Both the position numbers and the translations under genes were made by a program. From a virus, in IMG/VR virus record IMGVR_UViG_3300024999_000053, positions 32,001 through 96,000 of that record: DNA of 64,000 nucleotides, one strand, 5' to 3'. Every line of letters begins with the position of its first letter. Position 1 is the stretch's first letter. Below are positions 21,654-31,348 of this stretch, one piece after another. The notes beneath the pieces are model-generated. The model saw only the letters and a list, made by a program, of their open reading frames with translations, did no database searches and was not told where the DNA came from.

Positions 21654-21854
21654 ATGATTACAATATCAGAACATAATAATTTAGAAAAATCCAAAAGATT
21701 CATAGGAACTAAAAAACATTCAATGCAAACAAATATTGAATGTCCAAAATGTCATAATGAATTAAAACTTGCTAATAATTCTACTTATTTAAGTAATCCT
21801 CCAAAAAGACAAGTAAAGTGTGTATGTGGGTATGTAGATTATATTTTAGCTTAG
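21654..21854 (+). CDS. Zinc-ribbon protein
   Basis: CPKC...C.CGY. Confidence 0.6.
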   Translation: MITISEHNNLEKSKRFIGTKKHSMQTNIECPKCHNELKLANNSTYLSNPPKRQVKCVCGYVDYILA

Positions 21855-21947
21855 AGTCAAATTGGTAAGATAAATAATAATCCCAGAAAATACGGATTTG
21901 ATGGTATATTTAGGAATTCAGAATCAAGTTATAGACTGATTACAGAT

Positions 21948-21980
21948 GGAGAGGATTTTATGAGAATTCTCTCTTTTTAT
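21948..21980 (+). terminator. Intrinsic terminator
   Basis: GAGAGGATTTT...AGAATTCTCTC followed by TTTTT. Confidence 0.55.
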
Positions 21981-22020
21981 TATGTTCAAAAATAAATAAA
22001 TTAAAAAGGAATGATGTTAG

Positions 22021-22188
22021 ATGATAATCAAATCCAAACGAGTGAAAAGATTTTTATATAATTTAGGGTTTGAATTTACTTTAACAAATATTAATGGTAA
22101 AGAAGGATATTTATTTCAAGAAAGTCCAGAATTAAAAGAATCAATAGCATTCTATTATAAAATAAGAAAGACTTTTGAAAATAAATAA
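22021..22188 (+). CDS. 55-aa DUF5659-like protein, missing from the ORF track
   Basis: MIIKSKRVKRFLYNLGF...YLFQESPELKESIAFY has the same length and pattern as 15282. Confidence 0.55.
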   Translation: MIIKSKRVKRFLYNLGFEFTLTNINGKEGYLFQESPELKESIAFYYKIRKTFENK

Positions 22189-22222
22189 CCTCTTTAATTA
22201 AAGAGGAGGTCGAAAGACTAAT

Positions 22223-22897
22223 ATGAATTATGTAAGCGATTTAATAAAATTAAAAGACATTGAACGATGGGTAGAGGGCTATATTATTGCTATAAATTCA
22301 CCAACTGGTTCAGGAAAAACTCATTTTATTAAAACCGTATTAAAGGATTATTGTAAGATTAATAAGAAAACTATACTCCTATTGACAAATAGAGATATTT
22401 TAAAAGATCAATTTATTCATGAATTAATAGAAGATGATAAAGATGGAATAATTACAGTTAAGAATTATCAAAGTATAGAAACAAAAATAATGTATGATAT
22501 ACCTATCGATGATTATGATTATATAGTATGTGACGAATATCATTATTTCTTCAATGACACCTTTAATTTTTGTACAGATATGTCTTTAAATTATATTTTA
22601 GGGCAAACTTCCAGTATCAAAATATTGCTTAGTGCTACATCTACTGTTCCTATTAAATATTTAGAAGAAGTTAAAAACATTGATATAATTAAATATTCAA
22701 TAGAACCAGATTATAGTTACATAGAAAAATTATACTTTTATAAAAACGATGACGTAATTCTTAAACTGTTGAATGAATTACCGGAAAACGAAAAAGTAAT
22801 ATATTTTACAAAAGCAAAAACGTCTTATGATTTTAGTAAACAAATTGAAGATAGTGCTTTTAAAATAAAAAAAATTTTACAACAAATAATATTTTAA
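22223..22897 (+). pseudogene. SF2 DEAD/DEAH helicase, N-terminal domain only
   Basis: SPTGSGKT, CDEYH and LLSAT present. Ends at the start of the second RecA domain, without motifs V and VI. Confidence 0.7.
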
Positions 22898-22970
22898 AAA
22901 ACTCTGCAATATGTTATAATTAAGGAAATACCACAAGAAAACAACTAAAATTAATGGGGGTATATAAAAT

Positions 22971-24377
22971 ATGGCAGACAAAGAAAGTGATGTGGAAAGT
23001 AGGAAAATATTTTTAGAAGAATTACCAAGAAGAGGTAAGACTTCTCAAATTGATTGGAAAAAATCAATAGGATCTAAAATAAAGTTTATTTTTAATGATG
23101 TTCAAGGTGAATTGCCCGTTTTAAATTATATACGAGAAAAGGGCGTTGGTTTTATAATTACTGAGTATAATGATTGTAAAGATTTTAAAATATGTACTAG
23201 TAGTTTGTCAAAATGCCTTATTGGTGAAATAATTAGAACGCAAACAAAGCAATATAGTTTTGATATTGGAGACATTGTTGAAAATGTTAATCTTGGTAAA
23301 CTAGAAATTTTAGAACAAATACGACTATTAAGATATAATGGGTATACACAGAAAGGTTACAAATATAAATGTTTAATATGTGGAAATATTGATGAAATAA
23401 GTGAATCAGATTTAAATTTAAATAAAGGTTGTAATGTTTGCTGTAAACCTTCGAAAAAAATACTTAAAGGATATAATGATTTATGGACTACTCATCCAGA
23501 TATAGCTAAATTATTAAAATTTCATGAAGTAGGGTATGAATTATCGTATGGGTCATCTAATACAGAAATATTTATATGTCCAAATTGTGGACTTGAAAAA
23601 GATATGCGTGTATCTAGTTTACTTACGCAAGGGTTATCATGCTCTAGGTGTGGAGATGGTATCCCATATCCTGAGAAGTTCCTATTTTGTACTATACAGC
23701 AATTAGATTTAGAATTTATAACACAGTTAAATAAGGTAGTATTTGATTGGTGTGAAGATTATAAATATGATTTATATACAAGTAAAAATAAATGCATTAT
23801 TGAGGTTCACGGAAGACAACATTATGAAGAACATAAAGGAAGCAGTTGGGGTTCACTAGAAGAAATTCAAGAAAATGATTTAAATAAAGAATGGTTGGCA
23901 AAAAGTAATAATATTAAAAATTACATTGTATTAGATTGTCGAAAGTCGGAGTTAGAATGGGTTAAAAACAGTATAATGAATAGTAGACTTCCTAAGTTAT
24001 TAAACTTCAGAGAATCAGACATTGATTGGATAAAATGTCATGAGTATGCTTGTAATAGTTTAGTTAAAGAATCATGTAAACTATGGAATGATGGTATTAA
24101 AAGTACAACAGAAATAGGGAAAATATTGAGATTAGATAAGTCAACAATTCGCAAATACTTAAAACAAGGCACAGAATTAGGTTGGTGTGATTATGATCCT
24201 AAATTCAAAAGAGTGGTAATATGTTTAAATACAAATGTTGTATACAATTCCATTGCAGAGATATCAAGAATATTGAATATAAATGTTAGTAATATATGTG
24301 ATTGTTGTAGTGGTAGGATAAAGTCGGCGGGAAAAGACCCTATAACTAGTGAAAAATTAGTATGGAAATATTTATAA
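22971..24377 (+). CDS. Zinc-ribbon / Vsr-like homing endonuclease with NUMOD1 tail
   Basis: Multiple CxxC, YKYDLY...IIEVHGRQHY, KRVVICLNT...SAGK. Paralogue of 39743. Confidence 0.75.
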   Translation: MADKESDVESRKIFLEELPRRGKTSQIDWKKSIGSKIKFIFNDVQGELPVLNYIREKGVGFIITEYNDCKDFKICTSSLSKCLIGEIIRTQTKQYSFDIGDIVENVNLGKLEILEQIRLLRYNGYTQKGYKYKCLICGNIDEISESDLNLNKGCNVCCKPSKKILKGYNDLWTTHPDIAKLLKFHEVGYELSYGSSNTEIFICPNCGLEKDMRVSSLLTQGLSCSRCGDGIPYPEKFLFCTIQQLDLEFITQLNKVVFDWCEDYKYDLYTSKNKCIIEVHGRQHYEEHKGSSWGSLEEIQENDLNKEWLAKSNNIKNYIVLDCRKSELEWVKNSIMNSRLPKLLNFRESDIDWIKCHEYACNSLVKESCKLWNDGIKSTTEIGKILRLDKSTIRKYLKQGTELGWCDYDPKFKRVVICLNTNVVYNSIAEISRILNINVSNICDCCSGRIKSAGKDPITSEKLVWKYL

Positions 24378-24640
24378 TGACATTAGAAGACAAACTTGAT
24401 AAATTAGTTGGAATAAAAATGTTTAAAGATGGTCAAGAAAAGCTTATTAGTTTTATGAGAGATGAATTATTCAATGGAATAACTGATAGACATGGAACTG
24501 TTAAAATTAATACTATTAATGGATATTTTAAAGACAATAATATTCCTTATGAAATTGAAAGTAAAAAAGAAACAATTAGAAAAGATGCCAATTATAATAA
24601 AAGATATTGGATTTTGTGTAAAAAGATATATGAATTATAA
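24377..24640 (+). CDS. Probable C-terminal fragment of the interrupted helicase
   Basis: ATG overlaps the endonuclease TAA. LDKLVGIKMFK..Q..LI...INTINGY...YEIESKK...RYWI resembles the tails of this phage helicase type (recalled, not searched). Confidence 0.5.
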   Translation: MTLEDKLDKLVGIKMFKDGQEKLISFMRDELFNGITDRHGTVKINTINGYFKDNNIPYEIESKKETIRKDANYNKRYWILCKKIYEL

Positions 24641-24643
24641 AAT

Positions 24644-24700
24644 TTTGCATCCAGATTGGTTGATTTACTATAAGCGTATATTTACCAATCTGGATGCAAA
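24644..24700. repeat. Perfect 17-bp inverted repeat with a 23-nt spacer
   Basis: TTTGCATCCAGATTGGT ... ACCAATCTGGATGCAAA. Confidence 0.9.
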
Positions 24701-24904
24701 TAAGAAAATTAATTATAATACAATCTCATGAAGGAATTTTGGCACAAAATTACTGAAATGACGCTCCGCAAGACTAATGTTAAATTAATTATCTCATGAC
24801 ATGTCAAAGGAACGTGCGGTCATTCACAAGTTCATTCCCTTACTAAATATTCGCTATCGCTCATATTTAGGATTTGATTATTTAATTAAATGATTTGTTT
24901 TCCT

Positions 24905-24940
24905 GAGAGAAGAAACATAAAATCTTCTCTCTTTTATTTG
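24905..24940 (+). terminator. Intrinsic terminator
   Basis: GAGAGAAGA...TCTTCTCTC followed by TTTT. Confidence 0.6.
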
Positions 24941-24971
24941 TTTTCATTTAAGTTTAGATTGGAGGTGAAAA

Positions 24972-25451
24972 ATGCAATACAAACCAGCAGATATTCTAGC
25001 GTGTCATTCGAATTCATTTATAAGCAAATTTATAAGATTTCTAACCAAATCAAAATATTCACATCTTGCAATAATTATAAATGAAAATGAAATTGTAGAA
25101 GCAGATGGTATAGTTGGACATATTCGCTACAGAAATATTAGTGATTATAAAAATTATGCAGATGTATATTCTTGTGATTTGACTGATGAGCAAATAAATA
25201 ATATATGTGAATATGCTAAGTCAAAAGTTGGTCAAAAATATGATTATTATTTGTTGTTTGTAATGTTTTGCAAATATGTGTTTGGTGTGAAAATTAAGAT
25301 TAGAGATTCTGAGTCAGATATTTGTAGTGAATTGGTCAATGATTCCTATATGGAAGGAGCTGGAATCAGATTAAGTAAAAAGAGATTCCCTATACCAGAT
25401 GAGGTTGTTGGGAATGAGAATAATTTGTTGAGATTTGTTGGGAAGGTTTGA
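24972..25451 (+). CDS. Permuted papain-like NlpC/P60 (YiiX/YaeF, C92) protein
   Basis: PADIL...SKYSHLAI...IVEA...VGQKYDY...ICSELV. Confidence 0.85.
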   Translation: MQYKPADILACHSNSFISKFIRFLTKSKYSHLAIIINENEIVEADGIVGHIRYRNISDYKNYADVYSCDLTDEQINNICEYAKSKVGQKYDYYLLFVMFCKYVFGVKIKIRDSESDICSELVNDSYMEGAGIRLSKKRFPIPDEVVGNENNLLRFVGKV

Positions 25452-25479
25452 TTAAATTACAAAGGAGGAATAAATAATA

Positions 25480-26871
25480 ATGCAAAAAGATTTTTCAAAA
25501 CGTCCATTCGGATTAATAAGTTCTCCACCTGATGATAGAGATTATTCTTTATCAAAATTAATGTCAGTTGTTGGAATGTCTACACCAATTGAACCTGAAC
25601 CAGATATATTTGAATATGAAGTGCCAGATATTAAAGATCAAGGAGATATCTGGCTTTGTGTTAGTGCGTCTGGATGTGTCCAGAGGGAGATAATTGAAAA
25701 ACAACAGACTGGTGAATATAAAAAATTATCAATAGGATTTAACTACACCTTTAGAGAAAATTGGGATCTTCAGGAAAAGGGTTTGCGTCTTAGAGAATAT
25801 TTAAAGGGGTTAGTAAAGTATGGAATACCTGAATATGAGTATTTTCAAATACAAGATAAAGAATACCCTTTCATTAAAGAGGAATTAGGTAAGGTAAATT
25901 TACCAAGTGTATTAAAAAATGCACATGAGCATCGCATCACAGCTTTTGCCAACATAAAACAAGAAGAAATTAAACTAGCTTTAAGAACTCTTGGCCCAGT
26001 TTTAGTTAGTATTAGTATATATACTTCTTTTGGATATATCTCAGCAACTAATCCAATTATTCCTATACCAGATGTAAAAAAAGAACGAGTTTTTAATGGT
26101 CATTGTTTATTAATAATTGGTTATAACAATCAAACTAAACTATTTAAAATAGCTAATTCGTATGGTAAAGGTTGGGCAGATAATGGATGTTGCTATGCAA
26201 GTTATGATTACAAATTTCAAGAATTGTGGAGTATTACAGACCTTGAAAAACCAAATTACACCCACGACTTCAAATTAAATTTCACAACAAACAAAACTCA
26301 AACTACTCCTAATAACACAATTAATCTCTCATTTTCAACATTCGATTCAATCACACCTTTAGGAACTCAAACTATTGAATGTAGAATGCAATGTGGAAAT
26401 TCATCATCTCAATATACATATACCACCAATTCAAAAGGAATAGTTAATGAGAATATAGTTCTTAATAAAGTAGGAGTAACAAAAATCACATGTTCTTGGA
26501 AATCTCCAGATAATAAAATTAATACAAAAACTATAAATGTATTAGTAGAACCAAAACAAATCAATCCTATTACTCCTATTGAACCTAAGAAAATTTATTC
26601 ATTATCTATTTCATCAGACAAAAGCAAATGTAATGTTAAATATATATTTTATATTACAATTAAAACATCAGCACCAAATCAATTAATTTCATTAAAAACT
26701 ATTAGGTCAAATGGTAAAATTCGTAATACTACTGAGAAAACAGATAATAAAGGTGAATTTGAGATGGGATTTGCTGAAGGTGTTGTAGGGATATTTAAAC
26801 AAGAAGTAAGTTGGAAAGATGGTAATAATGAAATTAGAAGTGCAAGTGTAAATGTTAATATTGTAAAGTAG
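25480..26871 (+). CDS. Papain-family (C1) cysteine protease with C-terminal Ig-like domains
   Basis: DDRDY propeptide, IKDQG..WLCV (Gln/Cys), NGHCLLIIGY (His), IANSYGKGWADNG (Asn). Confidence 0.85.
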   Translation: MQKDFSKRPFGLISSPPDDRDYSLSKLMSVVGMSTPIEPEPDIFEYEVPDIKDQGDIWLCVSASGCVQREIIEKQQTGEYKKLSIGFNYTFRENWDLQEKGLRLREYLKGLVKYGIPEYEYFQIQDKEYPFIKEELGKVNLPSVLKNAHEHRITAFANIKQEEIKLALRTLGPVLVSISIYTSFGYISATNPIIPIPDVKKERVFNGHCLLIIGYNNQTKLFKIANSYGKGWADNGCCYASYDYKFQELWSITDLEKPNYTHDFKLNFTTNKTQTTPNNTINLSFSTFDSITPLGTQTIECRMQCGNSSSQYTYTTNSKGIVNENIVLNKVGVTKITCSWKSPDNKINTKTINVLVEPKQINPITPIEPKKIYSLSISSDKSKCNVKYIFYITIKTSAPNQLISLKTIRSNGKIRNTTEKTDNKGEFEMGFAEGVVGIFKQEVSWKDGNNEIRSASVNVNIVK

Positions 26872-26908
26872 GATTAGATAAATAATATAAATAATATGAG
26901 GTGAAATA

Positions 26909-27613
26909 ATGAAAATCTGTATAAATGCCGGACATGGAGCAAAAGGAGTTAATAATTCAAGTTCAAATGGAATTGACCCTGGAGCAATTGGCCCATCAGG
27001 ATATCAAGAATATATTGAAACAAAAGAAATAGCTTATTTAGTATCTACAAAATTAAAATTCAATGGAATTGAAATATTAGTAGTTCAAGATGGAGATTTA
27101 TGGGATGTAACAGAAAAATCAAATAGTTGGAAGAGTGACTATTTTGTTAGTATTCACTGTAATTCTTTTTCAGCAGATTCTCATGGGGTAGAAACTTTTT
27201 CATTATCATCGACGGGAAAAGGTCGAGTATTAGCAGAAAAAGTGCATAAGGAATTAGTTCCTGCTACCAATTTATTTGATAGAGGTTTGAAGACTGCCAA
27301 CTATCATGTTTTACGTGAAACAGATTGTCCTGCAATATTAACAGAAATTGGATTTATTTCTAATTCTACAGAAGAAGCATTAATGAAAGATTCTACATGG
27401 GATAATAAGGTTTCGAGTGCAATAGCAAGAGGGATTTGTAATTTCTTAGGGATTATTTATAAAGAAGGAGTTGTAAATAAAGTGTCAGATATAACAACAA
27501 AAGATGATAAAGATGTATATTTATCAGTACGTGTTCTTGAAAGTAAAGCAGATGAAGTAATAAAGCAGATTATAAAATTTGGCTATGCTTGTAAAAGATT
27601 AGAACTTGCTTAA
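26909..27613 (+). CDS. N-acetylmuramoyl-L-alanine amidase (Amidase_3) endolysin
   Basis: INAGHG, DPGA, FVSIHCNS, PAILTEIGFISN. Confidence 0.92.
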   Translation: MKICINAGHGAKGVNNSSSNGIDPGAIGPSGYQEYIETKEIAYLVSTKLKFNGIEILVVQDGDLWDVTEKSNSWKSDYFVSIHCNSFSADSHGVETFSLSSTGKGRVLAEKVHKELVPATNLFDRGLKTANYHVLRETDCPAILTEIGFISNSTEEALMKDSTWDNKVSSAIARGICNFLGIIYKEGVVNKVSDITTKDDKDVYLSVRVLESKADEVIKQIIKFGYACKRLELA

Positions 27614-27769
27614 ATAATTATTTCTATATTCAGTTGTCATATGTATAGGTGGCAGATATTACTGAATTGCCCTCAGTTTTTTATCTGCCGAATCCTGATT
27701 GTAATGTTCGTAGCACTACAACCATTAATTCATTATAACATATAAAATAAAGGAGGGCAAATATTATTT

Positions 27770-28246
27770 ATGGATAATATAGCGAAAGAGGTGTTAAATG
27801 TGGACGAAAATGAAATTAAAGAAGTTTTACAGAGCCATTCTGGTAAAATCATAGACTTACAAACTAAGACAAACATACATGAAGAAAAGATTTGTGGATT
27901 AGATAATAAAATTATTAATCACGGTGAAAAACTCCATGAACTTGAGTTAAAAGACATTGCGTATGAAACTAGATTCAATTCTCTGGATAGTACCTTAGCT
28001 AGAGTTGAAAATACTACATTGCAAAATTTACAAACTTCTAACCTCTTAATAAATACAATTAGTCAAATTGCTATTGGAAATTCAACAGGTAATACAGAAA
28101 TAAAAAAACAGGAAATATTAAGTGATACAGAAATAAAAAAAATAAAATTAAACAACAATTTAAGTATGGCATTAAAAATTATAGGGATTGTAAGTTTGCT
28201 AATAACTTCATTTGTGGCTGTTAAATATGGAATTACTATTAAATAA
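27770..28246 (+). CDS. XhlA-like coiled-coil membrane protein of the lysis cassette
   Basis: Coiled coil plus one C-terminal TM helix, located between the amidase and the holin. Confidence 0.55.
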   Translation: MDNIAKEVLNVDENEIKEVLQSHSGKIIDLQTKTNIHEEKICGLDNKIINHGEKLHELELKDIAYETRFNSLDSTLARVENTTLQNLQTSNLLINTISQIAIGNSTGNTEIKKQEILSDTEIKKIKLNNNLSMALKIIGIVSLLITSFVAVKYGITIK

Positions 28247-28270
28247 ATAAAAGTAAGGGAATGATTCTAT

Positions 28271-28501
28271 GTGAACAAATTAAATAAATTCATAAATTGG
28301 ATTACATCAAAAATAACATTAAGAATTACAACCGAATTAAAAGAAGAAATTTTAAAACAGAATGAAAATATTTACATGTTACTTAAAGAAGAATTGGCAA
28401 TTATTAAAGAACAGAATCTTTCAAACACAAAACAAGTAGCAGAGATATTAAAACAATTAGATGTACTTGGAAGGATGTTAAGAGGCAAGGGATTTAATTA
28501 A
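28271..28501 (+). CDS. Hypothetical protein
   Basis: ORF with AAGGGA RBS inside the lysis block. Confidence 0.5.
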   Translation: MNKLNKFINWITSKITLRITTELKEEILKQNENIYMLLKEELAIIKEQNLSNTKQVAEILKQLDVLGRMLRGKGFN

Positions 28502-28522
28502 AGTATAAAAAAATTAAGGAGA

Positions 28523-28924
28523 ATGATTAATATGGATCAAACTATTTTATACCTTGGAATCAGTTTATTAGCACTCGTTACAATAAATATAATTCTAGGA
28601 TCAATTTCGTCCCTCTTCCAAAAGCAATTTGATAAAACAAAATTATTTCAAGGAATCATAAAGGGAATAGTGGTAACAGCGTGTTTTGTGGCAGTTATTT
28701 ATGTCGGAAAATTGACTCCTAATATAATCGTTGTCAATGTAAATGGAATTAATGTTGATTTATTTACCGCAACGCATATGCTAATGCTTTCGTCTTATAT
28801 TTTCTATGGCAAAGAGGTTTTAGTTAAATTATCTAGTTTTGTTAGTGGTAAATATAAAACAGAGGAAATTGCAACAACTGATGATACAGTAAATAAATCT
28901 ATTACAATTGAAGGAGAGAAATAA
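28523..28924 (+). CDS. Holin
   Basis: Three hydrophobic segments, FDKTKLFQGIIK motif, charged C-terminus. Confidence 0.7.
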   Translation: MINMDQTILYLGISLLALVTINIILGSISSLFQKQFDKTKLFQGIIKGIVVTACFVAVIYVGKLTPNIIVVNVNGINVDLFTATHMLMLSSYIFYGKEVLVKLSSFVSGKYKTEEIATTDDTVNKSITIEGEK

Positions 28925-29310
28925 AAATGACAATTATAAAAAATATTATTAACAAGATTGATAAATTATACACAAATTTCTGCATCGCTTTATATTTTGG
29001 TGCAAGAAGGATTTTATTGAAACTTGATTTAATTGAGTATTAACAAAACCAATAACCCATAATAATAAATTTTAAACAACCTTTAAGCGTTTCAAATACA
29101 AGAGTGGTATAATCTTATACAAAAACTATTTGCTACGCTTAGAGGTGTATTGTGGTTTCTATAACCCTTGTTACAGTAGGGTTTTATGTGGCAACAAATT
29201 AAAAAAGTAATTGAGGTAAGTTAAATATTATGACTTATATTTATTCTGTGGTGGTTGGTATTTTGATTTATAGTATTTATATTATTCATCTATCTATGAG
29301 AGAATCATAA

Positions 29311-29410
29311 ATCCGAGCAAATTCCAGTTTTAATGGATAGGTATAGACTAGGTAGTAAATCGAAGTAATCAAGAGCAAATGAAAGTATAAGAGAGGTAAA
29401 ATAGGGTATA
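29311..29410 (+). repeat. Composite site, copy 1 (AAA-N6-TTT core + three spaced direct repeats)
   Basis: TAGGTAGTAAATCGAAGTAATCAAGAGCAAATGAAAGTATAAGAGAGGTAAAATA aligns without gaps to 61651-61705. Confidence 0.8.
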
Positions 29411-29451
29411 AAACGTAATTTAGGTTAATTTGATAATATTTAGTTGGTTTT

Positions 29452-29484
29452 GGAGAGATGGTTTTATGATCATCTCTCTTTTAT
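29452..29484 (+). terminator. Intrinsic terminator
   Basis: GGAGAGATGGT...ATCATCTCTCT followed by TTT. Confidence 0.6.
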
Positions 29485-29497
29485 TATTGATAATTTT

Positions 29498-29629
29498 ACT
29501 AAATGGCTTTTATGGGTAGCTCCCATATCAAAAAGAAGGTGTCCTTTCCTTCGCCATTTAGTTTTTATATTTTTAAATTAAAGGACAAGAAAAAGTGAAT
29601 AAAAATAAAAAAGAAAAGGACGTGTTAAA
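29498..29629 (+). promoter_or_regulatory. Structured leader (three-way junction with anti-SD loop)
   Basis: P1 ACTAAATGGC/GCCATTTAGT; P2 TATGGG-TAGCT-CCCATA; P3 GAAGG-TGTCCTTT-CCTTC; downstream AAAGGACA and AAAAGGAC. Confidence 0.65.
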
Positions 29630-30751
29630 ATGGAAAATGTATTAACAAAAGTTTATGAAGAACAAGAAGTAGCATTCAGAGAAAACAATGGACAAAGTGA
29701 AGTAAGAATTGATGAAGTGGCTAGATTTTGTGGTTGGACAGAAATTGCAAAAAGCGGAAATGAATGCATTAAATGGGCAAGAGTCAATAAACATTTAGTT
29801 GATTTAGGAGCGTCGACAGTAGTGGCGACAGGTGATTTTATTCCAGAATACATTATGTATCCACTTATAGGTAAAGCAAAAAATGATAGAGCAACACAAT
29901 TTATGTTATGGGTAGGAAAGGTATTAGTAGAAATTAGACAGAATGGTGCTTATATTTCTCCAAATATAACAGAAGAGCAAGAAATCAAGTTAGATAAATT
30001 CTCGACAAATAAAAAGATGAAGAATACATTCAAAACTTGTAATATAGAATCGATAGAGAATGAATATCGTGAATGCATGATGTATCATAAAAATAAAGAT
30101 GGTAAAGAGAAAAATGGTATTCAGAATATAATAATTAATGCTTTAAGTGACAGAAAACAAACATTAATAGATAGTGGCAAAGGGTCTTTTGCTTTAGTTT
30201 TAGCAGAAGTTGTGAATACAATCTCAAAAAAGAAAACTGAAACTAGCAATAAGAGAAATGGACAAACAATTAGATATAAGAATGGAATTATAGATAAGCA
30301 GACACAAATAATCAATGAAAAGGATGAGGAGTTAAATAATTTAGAAAGTAAACTGAATTATTATGAACCAGAAGACTATGAATGGATTGAGTTAAATGTC
30401 CATCCATTTTCTCATAATTACATGACAAGCGCAGCAAAAGATTGGAATACTGGAAATCCAAAAATCGTCAAGAGTGAAGGATATTACAAATGGCAAAATA
30501 AATTTCCATATCAAGAACTTCCTACATTTGATGATTTAGGAATAGATTTTAATAAAAGAGTTTGTGCTTGGTTTAGATTTGTTGCAAAATCAACTTTTGA
30601 CCCAACTAATTGTTCAAAAACTGCATTAGATACTATATGTAAGTATTACGACGTAGATGATAATAAAATAGAAATGATGGAGTGCAAGAAAATAAATAGT
30701 TGTAAAGAATTTTGGGAAGGAAAAATCTATATAGCATTTAGGAATCAATAA
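29630..30751 (+). CDS. Antirepressor/BRO-like N-terminal domain fused to a RusA-like C-terminal domain
   Basis: FIPEY..Y.L..KAKND.A..F..W...VL.EIRQNGAY, and C-terminal FDPTNCSKTALD...DDNKI. Confidence 0.6.
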   Translation: MENVLTKVYEEQEVAFRENNGQSEVRIDEVARFCGWTEIAKSGNECIKWARVNKHLVDLGASTVVATGDFIPEYIMYPLIGKAKNDRATQFMLWVGKVLVEIRQNGAYISPNITEEQEIKLDKFSTNKKMKNTFKTCNIESIENEYRECMMYHKNKDGKEKNGIQNIIINALSDRKQTLIDSGKGSFALVLAEVVNTISKKKTETSNKRNGQTIRYKNGIIDKQTQIINEKDEELNNLESKLNYYEPEDYEWIELNVHPFSHNYMTSAAKDWNTGNPKIVKSEGYYKWQNKFPYQELPTFDDLGIDFNKRVCAWFRFVAKSTFDPTNCSKTALDTICKYYDVDDNKIEMMECKKINSCKEFWEGKIYIAFRNQ

Positions 30752-30835
30752 TACATAAATAAAATAATATTGAATAACGAGGGGTTGTCCGATCTGGACA
30801 ACTCTTTAATAATCAATAAAAGGAGAAATAAAACA

Positions 30836-31099
30836 ATGCACACCTATTTAAAATTAAATGAAGAAAAGTTAGATTTATTGATTAAAGTATTACATGATTC
30901 ACAATATGAAACTGAACATGAAAAGGTCATAGCAAATGAATTATATGAGAAATTTAGACATTTGTGTTTAGATAATTTTTATAATCTTGGTGAAGGTTGG
31001 GATGATGAAGAGGAAGATGTGGATGAGAATTGTGAAAATGATTTATCTCTTGTGAAGAAAAAGGATATAGCAGGTTATGATGATGATTTGGGTTGGTAA
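30836..31099 (+). CDS. Acidic hypothetical protein
   Basis: AAGGAG RBS before ATG 30836. Confidence 0.55.
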   Translation: MHTYLKLNEEKLDLLIKVLHDSQYETEHEKVIANELYEKFRHLCLDNFYNLGEGWDDEEEDVDENCENDLSLVKKKDIAGYDDDLGW

Positions 31100-31243
31100 T
31101 ACTTGTCCAATTTAATTATGTACAGATAGAACGCATATCCTATTAGTAAATTAATAAATAAAGTTAACAAATAAAATATTTCAATAGAAATTGAGACATT
31201 TCATTAATTTGAAGTGTCTTTTATTTGTGTTGAAATAACACAT

Positions 31244-31348
31244 AAGCAGACTAGGATAGGCCATCCGAAAGAAACACTCGCCTTAGTGTTTTTGTCTGCT
31301 TCTATTTTTTAATAATTAAGGCAAATAATAAAAGAAGGCGGTATAAAA
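31244..31348 (+). promoter_or_regulatory. Structured leader (three-way junction with anti-SD loop)
   Basis: P1 AAGCAGAC/GTCTGCTT; P2 GGAT-AGGCC-ATCC; P3 AAACACT-CGCCTT-AGTGTTT; downstream TAAGGC and AAGGCG. Confidence 0.65.

Noticed and set aside
22860-24377. Group I intron or intein in the helicase
   Set aside because: There is no room or structure for an intron core, the frame is not continuous, and the helicase middle is missing
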